NCBI GenBank assembly: GCA_025201805.1
Contig: MU619335.1
Span: forward strand, 1-62,499
Source: Parasitella parasitica NRRL 2501
Taxonomy: Eukaryota; Fungi; Mucoromycota
DNA length: 62,499 nt
Reading direction: 5' to 3'
The position numbers and the translations under genes were made by a program. Below, in pieces: positions 1 through 11,043 of this stretch. Within the stretch, counting starts at the first letter, position 1. Each line of letters starts with the position of its first letter. Under the pieces are notes generated by a model. That model saw only the letters and a list, made by a program, of their open reading frames with translations, made no database searches and was not told where the DNA came from.

Positions 1-79
1 CCAAAGTAAGTTGTTGTTGAATTTGTTGCAGTATAACTGGAAACTGATTCATATCCAGGGCTTGTAGGCTGGTGTCCAT
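1..79 (-). CDS. 5' end of an unidentified ORF running off the window (MDTSLQALDMNQFPVILQQIQQQLTL...)
   Basis: ATG at 79 in a CCGCCATGG context, open to the window edge; too short to assign. Confidence 0.3.
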   Translation of the reverse strand, partial: MDTSLQALDMNQFPVILQQIQQQLTL

Positions 80-300
80 GGCGGTGAATACTTTTTGAAA
101 TTTCGACAATCTGAAAAAGTATGAAGCAGGTGTACGACAAGTCTGAAACTATAACACAATAAACTGTTGATGATAACAAGTATACTGGTGCAATTCCAAG
201 GTGGTTGGCGTACTGGTTGATAGGTTTTTTACGTTATTTGTTGTTTGGCAAAACTTTTTTCCGAAACTGGAGAAAAAAGTGATGAATAACGGGAAGAGAT

Positions 301-373
301 GCCGGGCTAGCTCAATCGGTAGAGCGTGAGACTCTTAATCTCAAGGTTGGGGGTTCGACCCCCCCGTTCGGCT
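301..373 (+). tRNA. tRNA-Lys(CTT), intronless
   Basis: Acceptor stem GCCGGGC/GTTCGGC, D-arm AGCTCAATCGGTAGAGC, anticodon arm TGAGA-CTCTTAA-TCTCA, T-loop GGTTCGACCC, downstream T-run Pol III terminator. Confidence 0.97.
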
Positions 374-570
374 TCATTTTTTTCATGTCGATAAAATCAT
401 GAGACGTTTTCATAACCTTGTTCTATTGTCTGGTACACACAGACTTTGCATGTAGAATTAACATCTTTTTTATCACTCGCTTTGTATTTTATATACTGTC
501 GTGTGCAGATGTCAGTTGCTCACAGACTTTGTGTGTAACCATTTTAATTAGTATATAAATATCAATTGTA

Positions 571-2132
571 CACTATTTTCAGAAATTATTCGCACAAGCT
601 GAGGAAAAAATTGCTCATATTTTATTTTACTTTCTGCACGCTTTTTATTTTATTTTTTGCACACTTTTAAAAATAATATTTGCACACTTGTAAGAGTAGT
701 TTTTGCACACTGTGTGCAAATTAAATTATAGAGGTTCTTTATTGAAGCAGGTTTCAAATTTTGAAGCAGAATAGCGACAGAATCCTTCCAAGTCGCTAAA
801 GAGAACATTATGACAAGCTTCAGCGATTCTCATATTAAGAGTTTCGCTCTGCAAGAGCTTTTCCTTTTTTAATTTACTCTTTACAACTGACCAGAATTGC
901 TCAATTGGATTTAGCTCAGGCGAATAAGGGGGAAGATAANNNNNNNNNNNNNNNNNNNNNNNNNNNNNNNNNNNNNNNNNNNNNNNNNNNNNNNNNNNNN
1001 NNNNNNNNNNNNNNNNNNNNNNNNNNNNNNNNNNNNNNNNNNNNNNNNNNNNNNNNNNNNNNNNNNNNNNNNNNNNNNNNNNNNNNNNNNNNNNNNNNNN
1101 NNNNNNNNNNNNNNNNNNNNNNNNNNNNNNNNNNNNNNNNNNNNNNNNNNNNNNNNNNNNNNNNNNNNNNNNNNNNNNNNNNNNNNNNNNNNNNNNNNNN
1201 NNNNNNNNNNNNNNNNNNNNNNNNNNNNNNNNNNNNNNNNNNNNNNNNNNNNNNNNNNNNNNNNNNNNNNNNNNNNNNNNNNNNNNNNNNNNNNNNNNNN
1301 NNNNNNNNNNNNNNNNNNNNNNNNNNNNNNNNNNNNNNNNNNNNNNNNNNNNNNNNNNNNNNNNNNNNNNNNNNNNNNNNNNNNNNNNNNNNNNNNNNNN
1401 NNNNNNNNNNNNNNNNNNNNNNNNNNNNNNNNNNNNNNNNNNNNNNNNNNNNNNNNNNNNNNNNNNNNNNNNNNNNNNNNNNNNNNNNNNNNNNNNNNNN
1501 NNNNNNNNNNNNNNNNNNNNNNNNNNNNNNNNNNNNNNNNNNNNNNNNNNNNNNNNNNNNNNNNNNNNNNNNNNNNNNNNNNNNNNNNNNNNNNNNNNNN
1601 NNNNNNNNNNNNNNNNNNNNNNNNNNNNNNNNNNNNNNNNNNNNNNNNNNNNNNNNNNNNNNNNNNNNNNNNNNNNNNNNNNNNNNNNNNNNNNNNNNNN
1701 NNNNNNNNNNNNNNNNNNNNNNNNNNNNNNNNNNNNNNNNNNNNNNNNNNNNNNNNNNNNNNNNNNNNNNNNNNNNNNNNNNNNNNNNNNNNNNNNNNNN
1801 NNNNNNNNNNNNNNNNNNNNNNNNNNNNNNNNNNNNNNNNNNNNNNNNNNNNNNNNNNNNNNNNNNNNNNNNNNNNNNNNNNNNNNNNNNNNNNNNNNNN
1901 NNNNNNNNNGTTGCCATGTCCATCTTCGTGGTAAAACTGAAAGTTCATTCAAGTAATGTCTTTTTAAAAACTGTGTGGAATTAATTAAGAAAGTGTGCAA
2001 AAACTATTCTTACAAGTGTGCAAATATTATTTTTAAAAGTGTGCAAAAAATAAAATAAAAAGCGTGCAGAAAGTAAAATAAAATATGAGCAATTTTTTCC
2101 TCAGCTTGTGCGAATAATTTCTGAAAATAGTG
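571..2132 (-). mobile_element. Tc1/mariner (IS630-Tc1) DNA transposon with ~140-bp TIRs and TA target duplication
   Basis: TIRs 571-~710 and ~1993-2132 (CACTATTTTCAGAAATTATTCGCACAAGCTGAGG...) nearly identical; TA at 569-570 and 2133-2134; internal TTTGCACAC repeats. Confidence 0.95.
726..1948 (-). CDS. Tc1/mariner DDE transposase (middle hidden by N gap)
   Basis: C-terminus YLPPYSPELNPIEQFWSVVK is the Tc1/IS630 third-catalytic-residue motif; N-terminus MNFQFYHEDGHGN starts just inside the TIR. Confidence 0.88.
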
Positions 2133-2169
2133 TATAAATGCTTTGTTTGGTTTTGTAATTCCCATTCAA

Positions 2170-3550
2170 GTTTCGAATTTTTGAGAAGTCGGCGTTAAAT
2201 CAAGTATATCTCATTTTCAAAAACTAATTGAAAATATATAGAAGCTTTAGAAAACTATAAAAAAGATATTTGTGTATGCAACAAAGCGTGAAATACATGG
2301 TCATGTATTTTGATTTGAAATAAGAGCTCTTTCAACAGAGTAAATCATGTTGAAAGTCGAGCGAAATACCTTGAATCAACCAAATTAGGAGATTCGAAAT
2401 CCAAAAAAAGGCGATTTTTTAAGCTGTACACTCCGTTCTAATTAGTTGATAATATGTTAACCCTGATAGTAGCAATGTTAACAATTAGATACACCAACCG
2501 TCCATTAACATAGTACATCATTCTACCCTTACTACTAGATAATTGTACTCCATCACAATACGGATCATCTAACATTTACCTAAAAAATTCTCAATAACTT
2601 TTGATTTCTAAATCTATTTTTGACTACTGCATATCTATTCTAGTAACAATTACTTGTTAAATCCCTTGATTTGCTTATATTTTTACTACCAAATCGCTGT
2701 AATTTCTCTAATTTTACTTTCACATCTTAAATAGTAATTAGACCATATCCAATATCGAGAGATTCAAGCTTTTTCGCCCGACTTTCAGCATTATATAATC
2801 TGTTTGGAGAGATTTTATTTTAAATAAAAATGCATGATCATTTAATTCATACTTTGTTTCATATGCACATATTTTACGTTTAATTTTCTTAAGTGTTTGC
2901 GTATTTTTAAATAGCTTCTGAAAATGAGATATGGTTGGCTTAAGGCCAACTTCTCGAAAATCAACCAACTGGAATAGAACTGTAAAAACCAGCCAAGGCT
3001 TTTGTTAATTCCATTCCTTCTTGGTTTGCGTTTTTTTCTTATTCTTGTATATTATTATTTATTACTTATGGTTGGAGAGCTCAAAACCTGGTGCTTACTA
3101 CTACCATAGATCGATCTGTCTTTGCTAATTTGTCTATGAAACCTATTTATTATTTGTCATGTTAAAAAGAAGCTTGAACTCAACCGCAACAATATCAAAG
3201 ATCTATGTTGAGTATTAAATCAGATTGGCATGAGTGTCAAATGACCAAAAAGTGTACGACACTGTCAACAAGTTTACTTACGTCATAATAATCACAAGAA
3301 TATAGCAAACTAATCAAAATCAAATCAATTTCATAAATGGGTTGATTCGGTAATATCCCATTTTCGAAAGCTAATTAAAAACTCACAAATTCATCAAAGA
3401 ATTAATAGATAGATGTGCGTGTATATATAAAGATACGAGTTTTGAAATTGAATACTTTTAAGGAAATCGTTTAATTGTTTGTTTATATGAAAACCTTTCA
3501 TACGCATAACTTGACTTGATCTAATTAAAATTGGAGAAATTAGAAGCCCT
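2170..3550. repeat. Three degenerate copies of a ~200-230-bp unit (~2170-2400 +, ~2745-2970 -, ~3335-3550 +); probable foldback/long-TIR transposon relic
   Basis: ATATCTCATTTTCAAAAACTAATTGAAAA vs revcomp ATATCTCATTTTCAGAAGCTATTTAAAAA vs ATATCCCATTTTCGAAAGCTAATTAAAAA; TGTTGAAAGTCGAGCGAAATACCTTGAATC vs revcomp TGCTGAAAGTCGGGCGAAAAAGCTTGAATC. Confidence 0.7.
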
Positions 3551-3917
3551 TAAAAAACTATTCTTGTATATGGGTACAGGCAACAGCGTAAGCATATTAT
3601 TTTAGTTTGCTGGTTTGCAGTACATTCCATGACCTAAGAGTTTATTCAAAAAACCGTGTGTTAGCAAGAACCTGGTTAAAATATATTGGCGGCAGCACAA
3701 TTTACAAGCCCATTAAACAAAATTAGATGTTTATTCTCTCTTAATCCTTGCTGTTTATTCATTAAATAAGGTTGAGAAGCATAATATGAAAGGTAATCTT
3801 TTTAATCCATCATATATAGCATCCTGGAGGTACATATTGAATACGTAGATTATTTATACAGAGGAGAAGCATAGTAAAAAATTAGGAAGATTGGTTATTT
3901 TTGAGGAAGCTGGTATA

Positions 3918-5164
3918 CAGTCGAGCTGGTAAATTTTGGTGGTTTTTAAAAATAATAAATACAGACATGCAAGAAGACCCTTTTTCTCTTGACCTTTTGT
4001 TTTACTTCTGAAATCAAACTAGAAAATGAAAGGAAAGTGAAAGAATACTCAAGTCTCCTCAAATCAAGAAAAGATATCCACCAAAAGTAAAGATGTAGGC
4101 TAAATATACTTGACATAATGGATCAAAATTTTACTGACTAAAGATATGCATAGCAGTTAGATTTATTTGAAGTGTAGTTCAGATGACTTCTAAATCCGGG
4201 TCTGTAAATTTGGAAAAGTTTATGCACTACATCAAGACAAGAGTTTCAAGTTCAAACCACTCTGTACGAATATTATGGAAATGTATTCATAGCAAGAATC
4301 CGTGGTCCTCCTCCCCTTTTTTTCTCAAGAGGCCCAGATGTATGCAATCTACTTGCAAATAATGTTCCAACAAAAGCATATTTCAGAAAGGTTAGATGAC
4401 AGTGTAAAGAGGAAGCTTATGGGATTAGCAAAAGATCTCTGCAACGACAATAAAAATATTATCAGTAAAGCACCATTTGCCACTATTTCAATTTAGTGGA
4501 ATAGTGGACAAAATTTATCGAAAACTCCACTTCGAAAAATGAAATTCTCTAGCAAGTGATCAAAAACTATTCCGTAGTTTAAGAGTCAAATATGGTCAAG
4601 ATGCTATCCTTGTCTTTGGTGACGGGTCAGCTCTAAACGTCAAGTATCAAGAACCAACAAGAAACAAGGGAGTGATACATGTGCTCAAGAAGAAGGGGAT
4701 TATTGTGTATTTGATTAATGAATACGACACATCATCACAATGCCCTGTATGTGAACGCGCGCTGAAAAAACTCAACATCATATCTATCCCTCGCCCTTAT
4801 CAAATAAACAATAACCCGAACGTAATGTACTATGGCTTATTGAGGTATTCAAAGAAGAAGACTCCTGCTAAGTAATTTATTACTAAGTGGAGAACTTGTC
4901 TTGTCTTCAGCAAGAGGGCATAGGAACAAAGAGAAGACTCTGGAACCACGATCAAGCAGCCGTGGTTAATTTCCTCAAGATACTCAATAAACTCAGACAG
5001 ACAGGCAAAAGCTCAAGCTTTTTTTAACAGAAAACACGCTTCAAATTAATCACCAAAAACAGGCCATTTAATACAGGTATTACATTAAAATGAATACAAA
5101 AAAGCGACACTGGATGTACTAAAACGATTTTTTTTAAAACCGACAAAATTAACCAGTTCGACTG
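3918..5164 (+). mobile_element. Non-autonomous mariner-type TIR element carrying a Fanzor remnant
   Basis: Left end TA|CAGTCGAGCTGGTAAATTTTGGTGGTTTTTAAAAA; right end revcomp TA|CAGTCGAACTGGTTAATTTTGTCGGTTTTAAAAA. Confidence 0.9.
4183..5028 (+). pseudogene. Fanzor1 (TnpB-derived RNA-guided nuclease), C-terminal half, frameshifted
   Basis: Motifs in order: SVNLEKFMHYIKTR; PLRKMKFSSK; KYGQDAILVFGDGSA; QEPTRNKG; VYLINEYDTSSQCPVCE (RuvC-II E plus CxxC); PRPYQ; GLLR, putative intron, ENLSC; RRLWNHDQAAVVNFLKIL (RuvC-III D). RuvC-I not found. Confidence 0.85.
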
Positions 5165-6604
5165 TAGATGCTACCGAATTATTCAATGGTACTAGTCGTT
5201 CTGATGCAGCCTATAAATATCTGAAGGAGTACTATGTTATTTTTTTAGAGGATTTTGAACATATAAATACTTGCTTGATTTTTTTTGAACATTTCTTGCT
5301 TTATATACTTCTATGTTACGCTCAAGAAATGAATAAATGAAGCAGGACAAAGCTGTAACACCTGTCCAAAAGCCTAGGATCGCAAGCTTTCGACTATTTT
5401 TTATGCAAGCGTGCAAGCATGCAAAATCTAAATCAACCTTTTGCAATAGAGCTTTACAAATTATTATTCCTACAACTTACTGTTGCTGGTATCCTTATTT
5501 ACAAATTTTTTATTGCACATCAACAAAAGTATTAGATAGCCCTTTTTTGTCCCAAGATAATAGTTAGATTTTGAGTTGATTATGCATGGCGACTAGTTTT
5601 GTTGTCCAATTTAAGCAATAGATAAGCGTTTTACTGTGAATATTACTAATGTCATTTTTTTGTAGAATGAATCTTGCAATATATGTGAATCCGTTTACAA
5701 ATATTATCTATCTATTATAATTGGGGAAAGAGAAGCATTACATCATTAGGTGTGAGGTATGAAAAGATTGAGCTTTGTAAAAGGAGAGATTACTATAGTG
5801 ATGCTCTTTATCAGTTATTCACATAGGATTGGTGCTCTCCCTGCATTGAGAAAGCGTAGTGACTCTAGTAACATGGCAACTTTGTACAAGCTAATCCGAT
5901 CAATATTCTATTAAATATAGCAATTTCAATGGAACAAATGTAAACTTTAAATTTTTATATTTGCAAGCTAATATTTTGTAATGATAAAAACTATCCACCT
6001 GCATTGAAATGTAATTTCCATGTACTTTTTCTATAATCCAACACTTTTATTGAGTTTTTATATCACTACTGTACGTTGTCTTTGGTTTTCTTGCTTGAAA
6101 CTAACAACAGAACAAGTGTACAAGTCATGCATATACTTCTCTATAAGGACAAAAAAGAGGGTGCCATGTAGAATCGACGCATGACCCAAACGAAAATCTT
6201 TTGGTAGCACTAGATAACGAAGCTTAATATGTGACACCCGGCAACTTGAGAAGAAGGGGTTGATTTTATTGGAAGATGATGTTTTAGAGATAATACCATA
6301 TGCGAATGTTAGTATTTACGCCCTACACGCAAGGCATAAGCCAAAATATGTAAGGAAAAGGATGAGAATGATGCTGTAGCATATGGTAAGAGTGGTACCC
6401 TAAAAACTTGATCCATTTCTCCCTTTCCCATTATGAAAATGTACACAAATCGATAACCTCACATGGCTTAATAGTATATTACTTGATTAAGAAACGAGTG
6501 TATAATCCCTCGATATAAAAGGGTATTCTTGAATTCTGCTTTTCTTTTTCTTTTTTTTTTCTTTTTACTTTTATATCACAATAAATACAAGCGCAAAACC
6601 TACC

Positions 6605-7509
6605 ATGTTATTTGAGACTCATCAATACGGTAAGGAATTGTGAATTATTTTCAAAAGCTTCTCCTTACTGAGTGAATATGCACGTAGCCACAAATACAAT
6701 AATTTCAAAACAACAAACTGATAACAAGATGCCGACATCAGTTAGATACTATGACAGCGAAGATGATGATGAAACATTAGCCACTGCTATCGATGATCTA
6801 TCAAGCTTGATCTTGTATCCAACGCATTCAAATCAAGACATTGAATCATTCCTGGACCAAATGCTAGATCCTACAAATGTTCGTATTTCCCAGTGTCAAA
6901 ACACATACTTTATGGACGGTGGTGTTCGATTTATTTCGGTATAAACTATGATTTATATTGAATGGTCTACAAGTCAAAAAAATTAACGGATATAAGAAAA
7001 TCTAGTTGCCAACCTTGGGGACAAGCAATAATAAGGCGACAACTCCAATTTCTCGCATTTTTGAAGAGTGGCTAGCCAATAAATTATACAGCCATCCAAA
7101 TAAAATGGTGGACCTCAACAATCATGATGATGATGGCATGATGATAGACACACCGGAAGATGAAATCTATGACCACAGATTACCCATTCTAGAAGATAAC
7201 GTCGAATTGTTGTCGGAAGACATAGTCAATAAATTCAAATCAAGAAGGAGAGGTCTGACTGGGCTTTCAAAAATACTCATCAAAATTAGAACTGGCCACG
7301 TCTATAGCTACCATCAACTAGAAAATGGCCAGCCGCTTATAACAGAAGACATGGAAGACTTTTTCCAGCAGTTTCCGCTATTTGTCGAAATCTTAATCTA
7401 TGCAACTCAAGAAAACAACGACAAAGATATCGATTTCTTGCTAATTACTGAAAACACATCTCTAAATCCTGGTGATCCTTATAAAATTATGGAAAATTTT
7501 CAATTGTGA
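6605..7509 (+). CDS. Hypothetical protein, 3 exons
   Basis: ATG 6605, two GT-AG introns join ORFs 6672-6944 and 7006-7509 in frame; TATA-like TATAAAA near 6515; no recognisable domain. Confidence 0.6.
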
Positions 7510-7589
7510 AATACATGGGTTTATTCATCAAACTTTATTAATTACGACTATTCTTATTTACAATGTTGCGTTGAATTATTTTGATTGGG

Positions 7590-7659
7590 TTATGGATATC
7601 TTGCAGTAGTAGAAGCAGTGATAGCTTTGTTTTGTTGTCCTTGCTGTTGCTGTTGCTGC

Positions 7660-7729
<70 letters not shown>

Positions 7730-8871
7730 CCTGTTGCTGCCGTTGCTGTTGTCCATTGTGCAAATGTGCCTTGAGTAAATGGGTAAAAGACCAGAAAAAA
7801 GCAAAGCCAATGCAAATGGTGTAGAACTAAATATTCTACGTTAATAACAATTAAGGCGAGACATAATCTATGCATATGACATACCATTGTTCGTAAGCTT
7901 AGGAGCTCAGAGAATTCATTTGCTGCTTCCCCAAGAACCTCAGCTAACACTTTGGTTTTTCCTACTGCAAATGGTCGCATCATGCATTGCTCCCAATTTC
8001 TACAAAGCGTTTGCACAGCAGGCAATGTTGTCTCTGGTCCACATCGATTGATGTGGTATTGTTCCTGGCAGTACATTTGATTTCCAAAAAAGTCTGTGCA
8101 ATCTTTAGTACAAACAAATTGCTTGGATAATTAATCATCTTACCAGATTCATAAGATGCTATTCTGTTCTTCATATCGCTATGGACATTAGTAGCAACTT
8201 GATAGCCGATGTAAAGGGAGCAGGAGAATACAATAGAATAACATGTAATTTTGAGTATCCCTGCGACATAAACTATGTGGCTATGGCTGGCGTCGATAGG
8301 CTGAGCTTCATGATAAACGAATGTAGGGTTATAATGAGGATTGTAGTGACGATTGTAATTGTAATGATGATTGTGATGAATTGCGTTATTGTGAGCCGTT
8401 GCAGGAGGAGATAATTCTTGGTCTTCGTTGAGTGAAGTTAAGATTTTTGGTGAATTAGGCAATGAAACAGGAACAACTGGTGCTTCAAGAGTAGAAGGCT
8501 CAATATGAGAAGGTGATGCTGGTGACGATGAAGAATTTTTGAGCACAATTAGTTGCTATAGTAGATAAACGTCAATTAGGTCGCCTTACCACCAGCTACA
8601 CAAAACTTACCCGATCATTCGTAGCACCTGTTTCTGCTTGTTCATCTTTAGATTCGTTGAGATTGATCTTTCCGAACATAGTCGAGAATCTATTGGCAAT
8701 TTCTCCAGATTTATTATAAGATTGTTGGAAAAATGACGAAGATATTGAAGTGACATTTGAATCGAGCGGTTTTCTTATGGGTTCAGGAATGAAATCCATC
8801 TCATCGTCCACAAATTCGGATTCATCATAACTCAAGCTATCGATATCCATAGGATCGTACTTGAAGGCCAT
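7590..8871 (-). CDS. Brr6/Brl1-family nuclear envelope protein with C-terminal polyQ
   Basis: TM helix followed by C..EYHINRC.PETTLPAVQTLCRNWEQCM (four-Cys Brr6 luminal domain) and second TM FYTICIGFAFFWSF; spliced. Confidence 0.85.
7641..7750. repeat. (TTG/CTG)n microsatellite encoding polyQ on the minus strand
   Basis: 29 consecutive CAA/CAG codons at 7641-7727 in the spliced Brr6-like frame. Confidence 0.9.
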
Positions 8872-9545
8872 TCTGTTTTTAGTAATATGGAATATACTAG
8901 AAATGACCCAAGTTGTTTCTCTATTTCACAGTTCTTTCTTGTCTTGTATAAAAAACCAAAATTAAAAGGATTGGCATCGAGATCGCAATTGAAAGTAACT
9001 TTCTGTACAAAAAGTCACCGCACAAACGCGTGAGTTAGCCAATCGTTTTAACCAACTATAGGTGCATTACTAGATGTGAAGAAAATGATTGCTTTCGACC
9101 CAAATCATTATGTGTTTCTATAGCAACGGACGCCCTTCTTAATAACAGAAATATTCCACATAATCATTGAATCTTAAGCAGTATTTAAAGCACAAAAGAT
9201 GTATATTATGGCATTAATGCATTCAGATTTTCTTTCATAGTGCAAGTTTTGATTATTTTCACAGAGTGCATTATCCAAGCATATTTGTATTCAAATAACC
9301 ATTCCAAGATCAATGCGTATGGCAATCTGAGAAAGTGCAGAGTATATTAGTATTATCTGATAGCAGATACTAGATACCAAATATAAGAAGCACTTGAATT
9401 TCATAAGATATGGGTGCAAAGTCTTCATTTCACAATACCGTCTAATCCTCCAAGATTTGATTGGCAACTTGTGTGGTCCGATAAAAATTCGATATAAATA
9501 AAGTCAAAAACGATTGCCTAGGCTCTTTGCATTTCCTTCTGCATC

Positions 9546-11019
9546 ATGTTGAGAACCAGAATCCTGTGTAAGTCAATTAAATCGCACTGTCAGCCGAGAT
9601 TTTTAATGCTCGATTCATTCTGCAGTGAGCTCAATTCGTTCATTCCGTCGCACACCTTCTTTACTGTAAGTATGAAACATGAGTTGGTTTGTGGGGTAGA
9701 CGATTAATACAACCGAATTGCAGCTCACCAAGCCAGCGTTTTTTCACTGTTTCGCGGGCAACTGCTGCCAACAGTTCATGGAGAAATAAAGCGTCTATTG
9801 CTGCTTTAGGAACTGCTGTTATTGGGTTTGGCGTATGGAATGCAAAAGAGGTCTAAATTTGATAGCAAACGATAACAATCGGATGTATGTTGATGTATAT
9901 TGGATATTTTAGGTCTATTGTGATGCTATTTCGGATGACAAAAAGCGCGTAAGTTAAATATACCAAGGGAGAAGAATGAAACATGGAGGATTCTACAAAC
10001 ATGTCAAGAGTATTAAACATGTCAACTTTTTTGCGGGGGGGTTTTTTTTTATATAGAGAACCGAAGGACCGATCACTGACAGAGATCCAATGAGACTTCG
10101 TATGGAGGCCTTTGTTAAAGGTCTTCAGAATCGTATTGTAAACGACATTGAACAAATAGACGGCAAGCAATTCACAAGAACTGCATGGGAGCGTTCTGAA
10201 GGCGGAGAAGGTATTACATGCGTCCTTCAAGATGGTAATGTCTTTGAAAAGGCAGGTGTTGGTATCTCGATCGTATATGGTGAATTACCCAAAGCTGCTG
10301 TAGAACAAATGCGACATGATCGAGGTAAAGACATCAGTGCTGATGGGCCTGTGCCTTTCTTTGCTGCAGGCATTTCCTTGGTTATTCACCCTCACAACCC
10401 CAACGCTCCAACTGTTCATTTAAATTACCGTTATTTCGAAATTGAGAACCCTGATGGCACGCCCAAGATGTGGTGGTTTGGCGGTGGGTCCGATTTGACT
10501 CCCTCCTACTTGTTTGAAGAAGACGCTATCCATTTTCATCAAATACTAAAAGACGGCTGCGATAAATATGACAAAAAATATTACGGTCAGTTCAAGCAAT
10601 GGTGCGACAAGTATTTCTTTATTAAACATCGTGGCGAAGCTCGTGGTCTTGGTGGCATTTTCTTTGATGATTTAGACGATAAACCTGCAGAAGAAATATT
10701 CAGTTTCATAAAGGAAATGGGCAACAGATTTCCTTCATCTTATATTCCTATTGTGAAGAAGAGAATGAACATGAAATTTACCCCTGAAATGAAAGAATGG
10801 CAGCAACTTCGTCGTGGCCGCTACGTCGAGTTCAATTTGGTCTGGGATCGAGGTACCAAGTTTGGTCTCCAAACACCAGGTGCACGTATCGAAGCTATTT
10901 TAATGTCTCTACCTCTCACATCTCGCTGGGAATACATGAAGGAAGTCGAAGAAGGTTCAAGAGAACAAGATTTGGAAGAAGTTTTAAAGAACCCAAGAGA
11001 TTGGATTCCTCTTGACTAG
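9546..11019 (+). CDS. HEM13: Coproporphyrinogen III oxidase
   Basis: FEKAGV, HPHNPNAPTVHLNYRYFE, WWFGGGSDLTP, RGLGGIFFDDL, RRGRYVEFNLVWDRGTKFGL; 5' exons approximate. Confidence 0.95.
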
Positions 11020-11043
11020 AGGCCCATTTTATTGAATAAAATC

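Noticed and set aside
905-1984. Long ORFs made of X residues (also 29407-30026)
   Set aside because: Artefacts of N gaps; only the flanking transposase peptides are informative.
5735-5860. Possible CACTA transposase trace (SLGVRYEKIELC)
   Set aside because: Too short and degenerate; no termini found.
7538-7824. Poly-Asn, poly-Cys, poly-Leu and poly-Thr ORFs
   Set aside because: Alternative frames of one microsatellite; the spliced frame is most plausibly polyQ.
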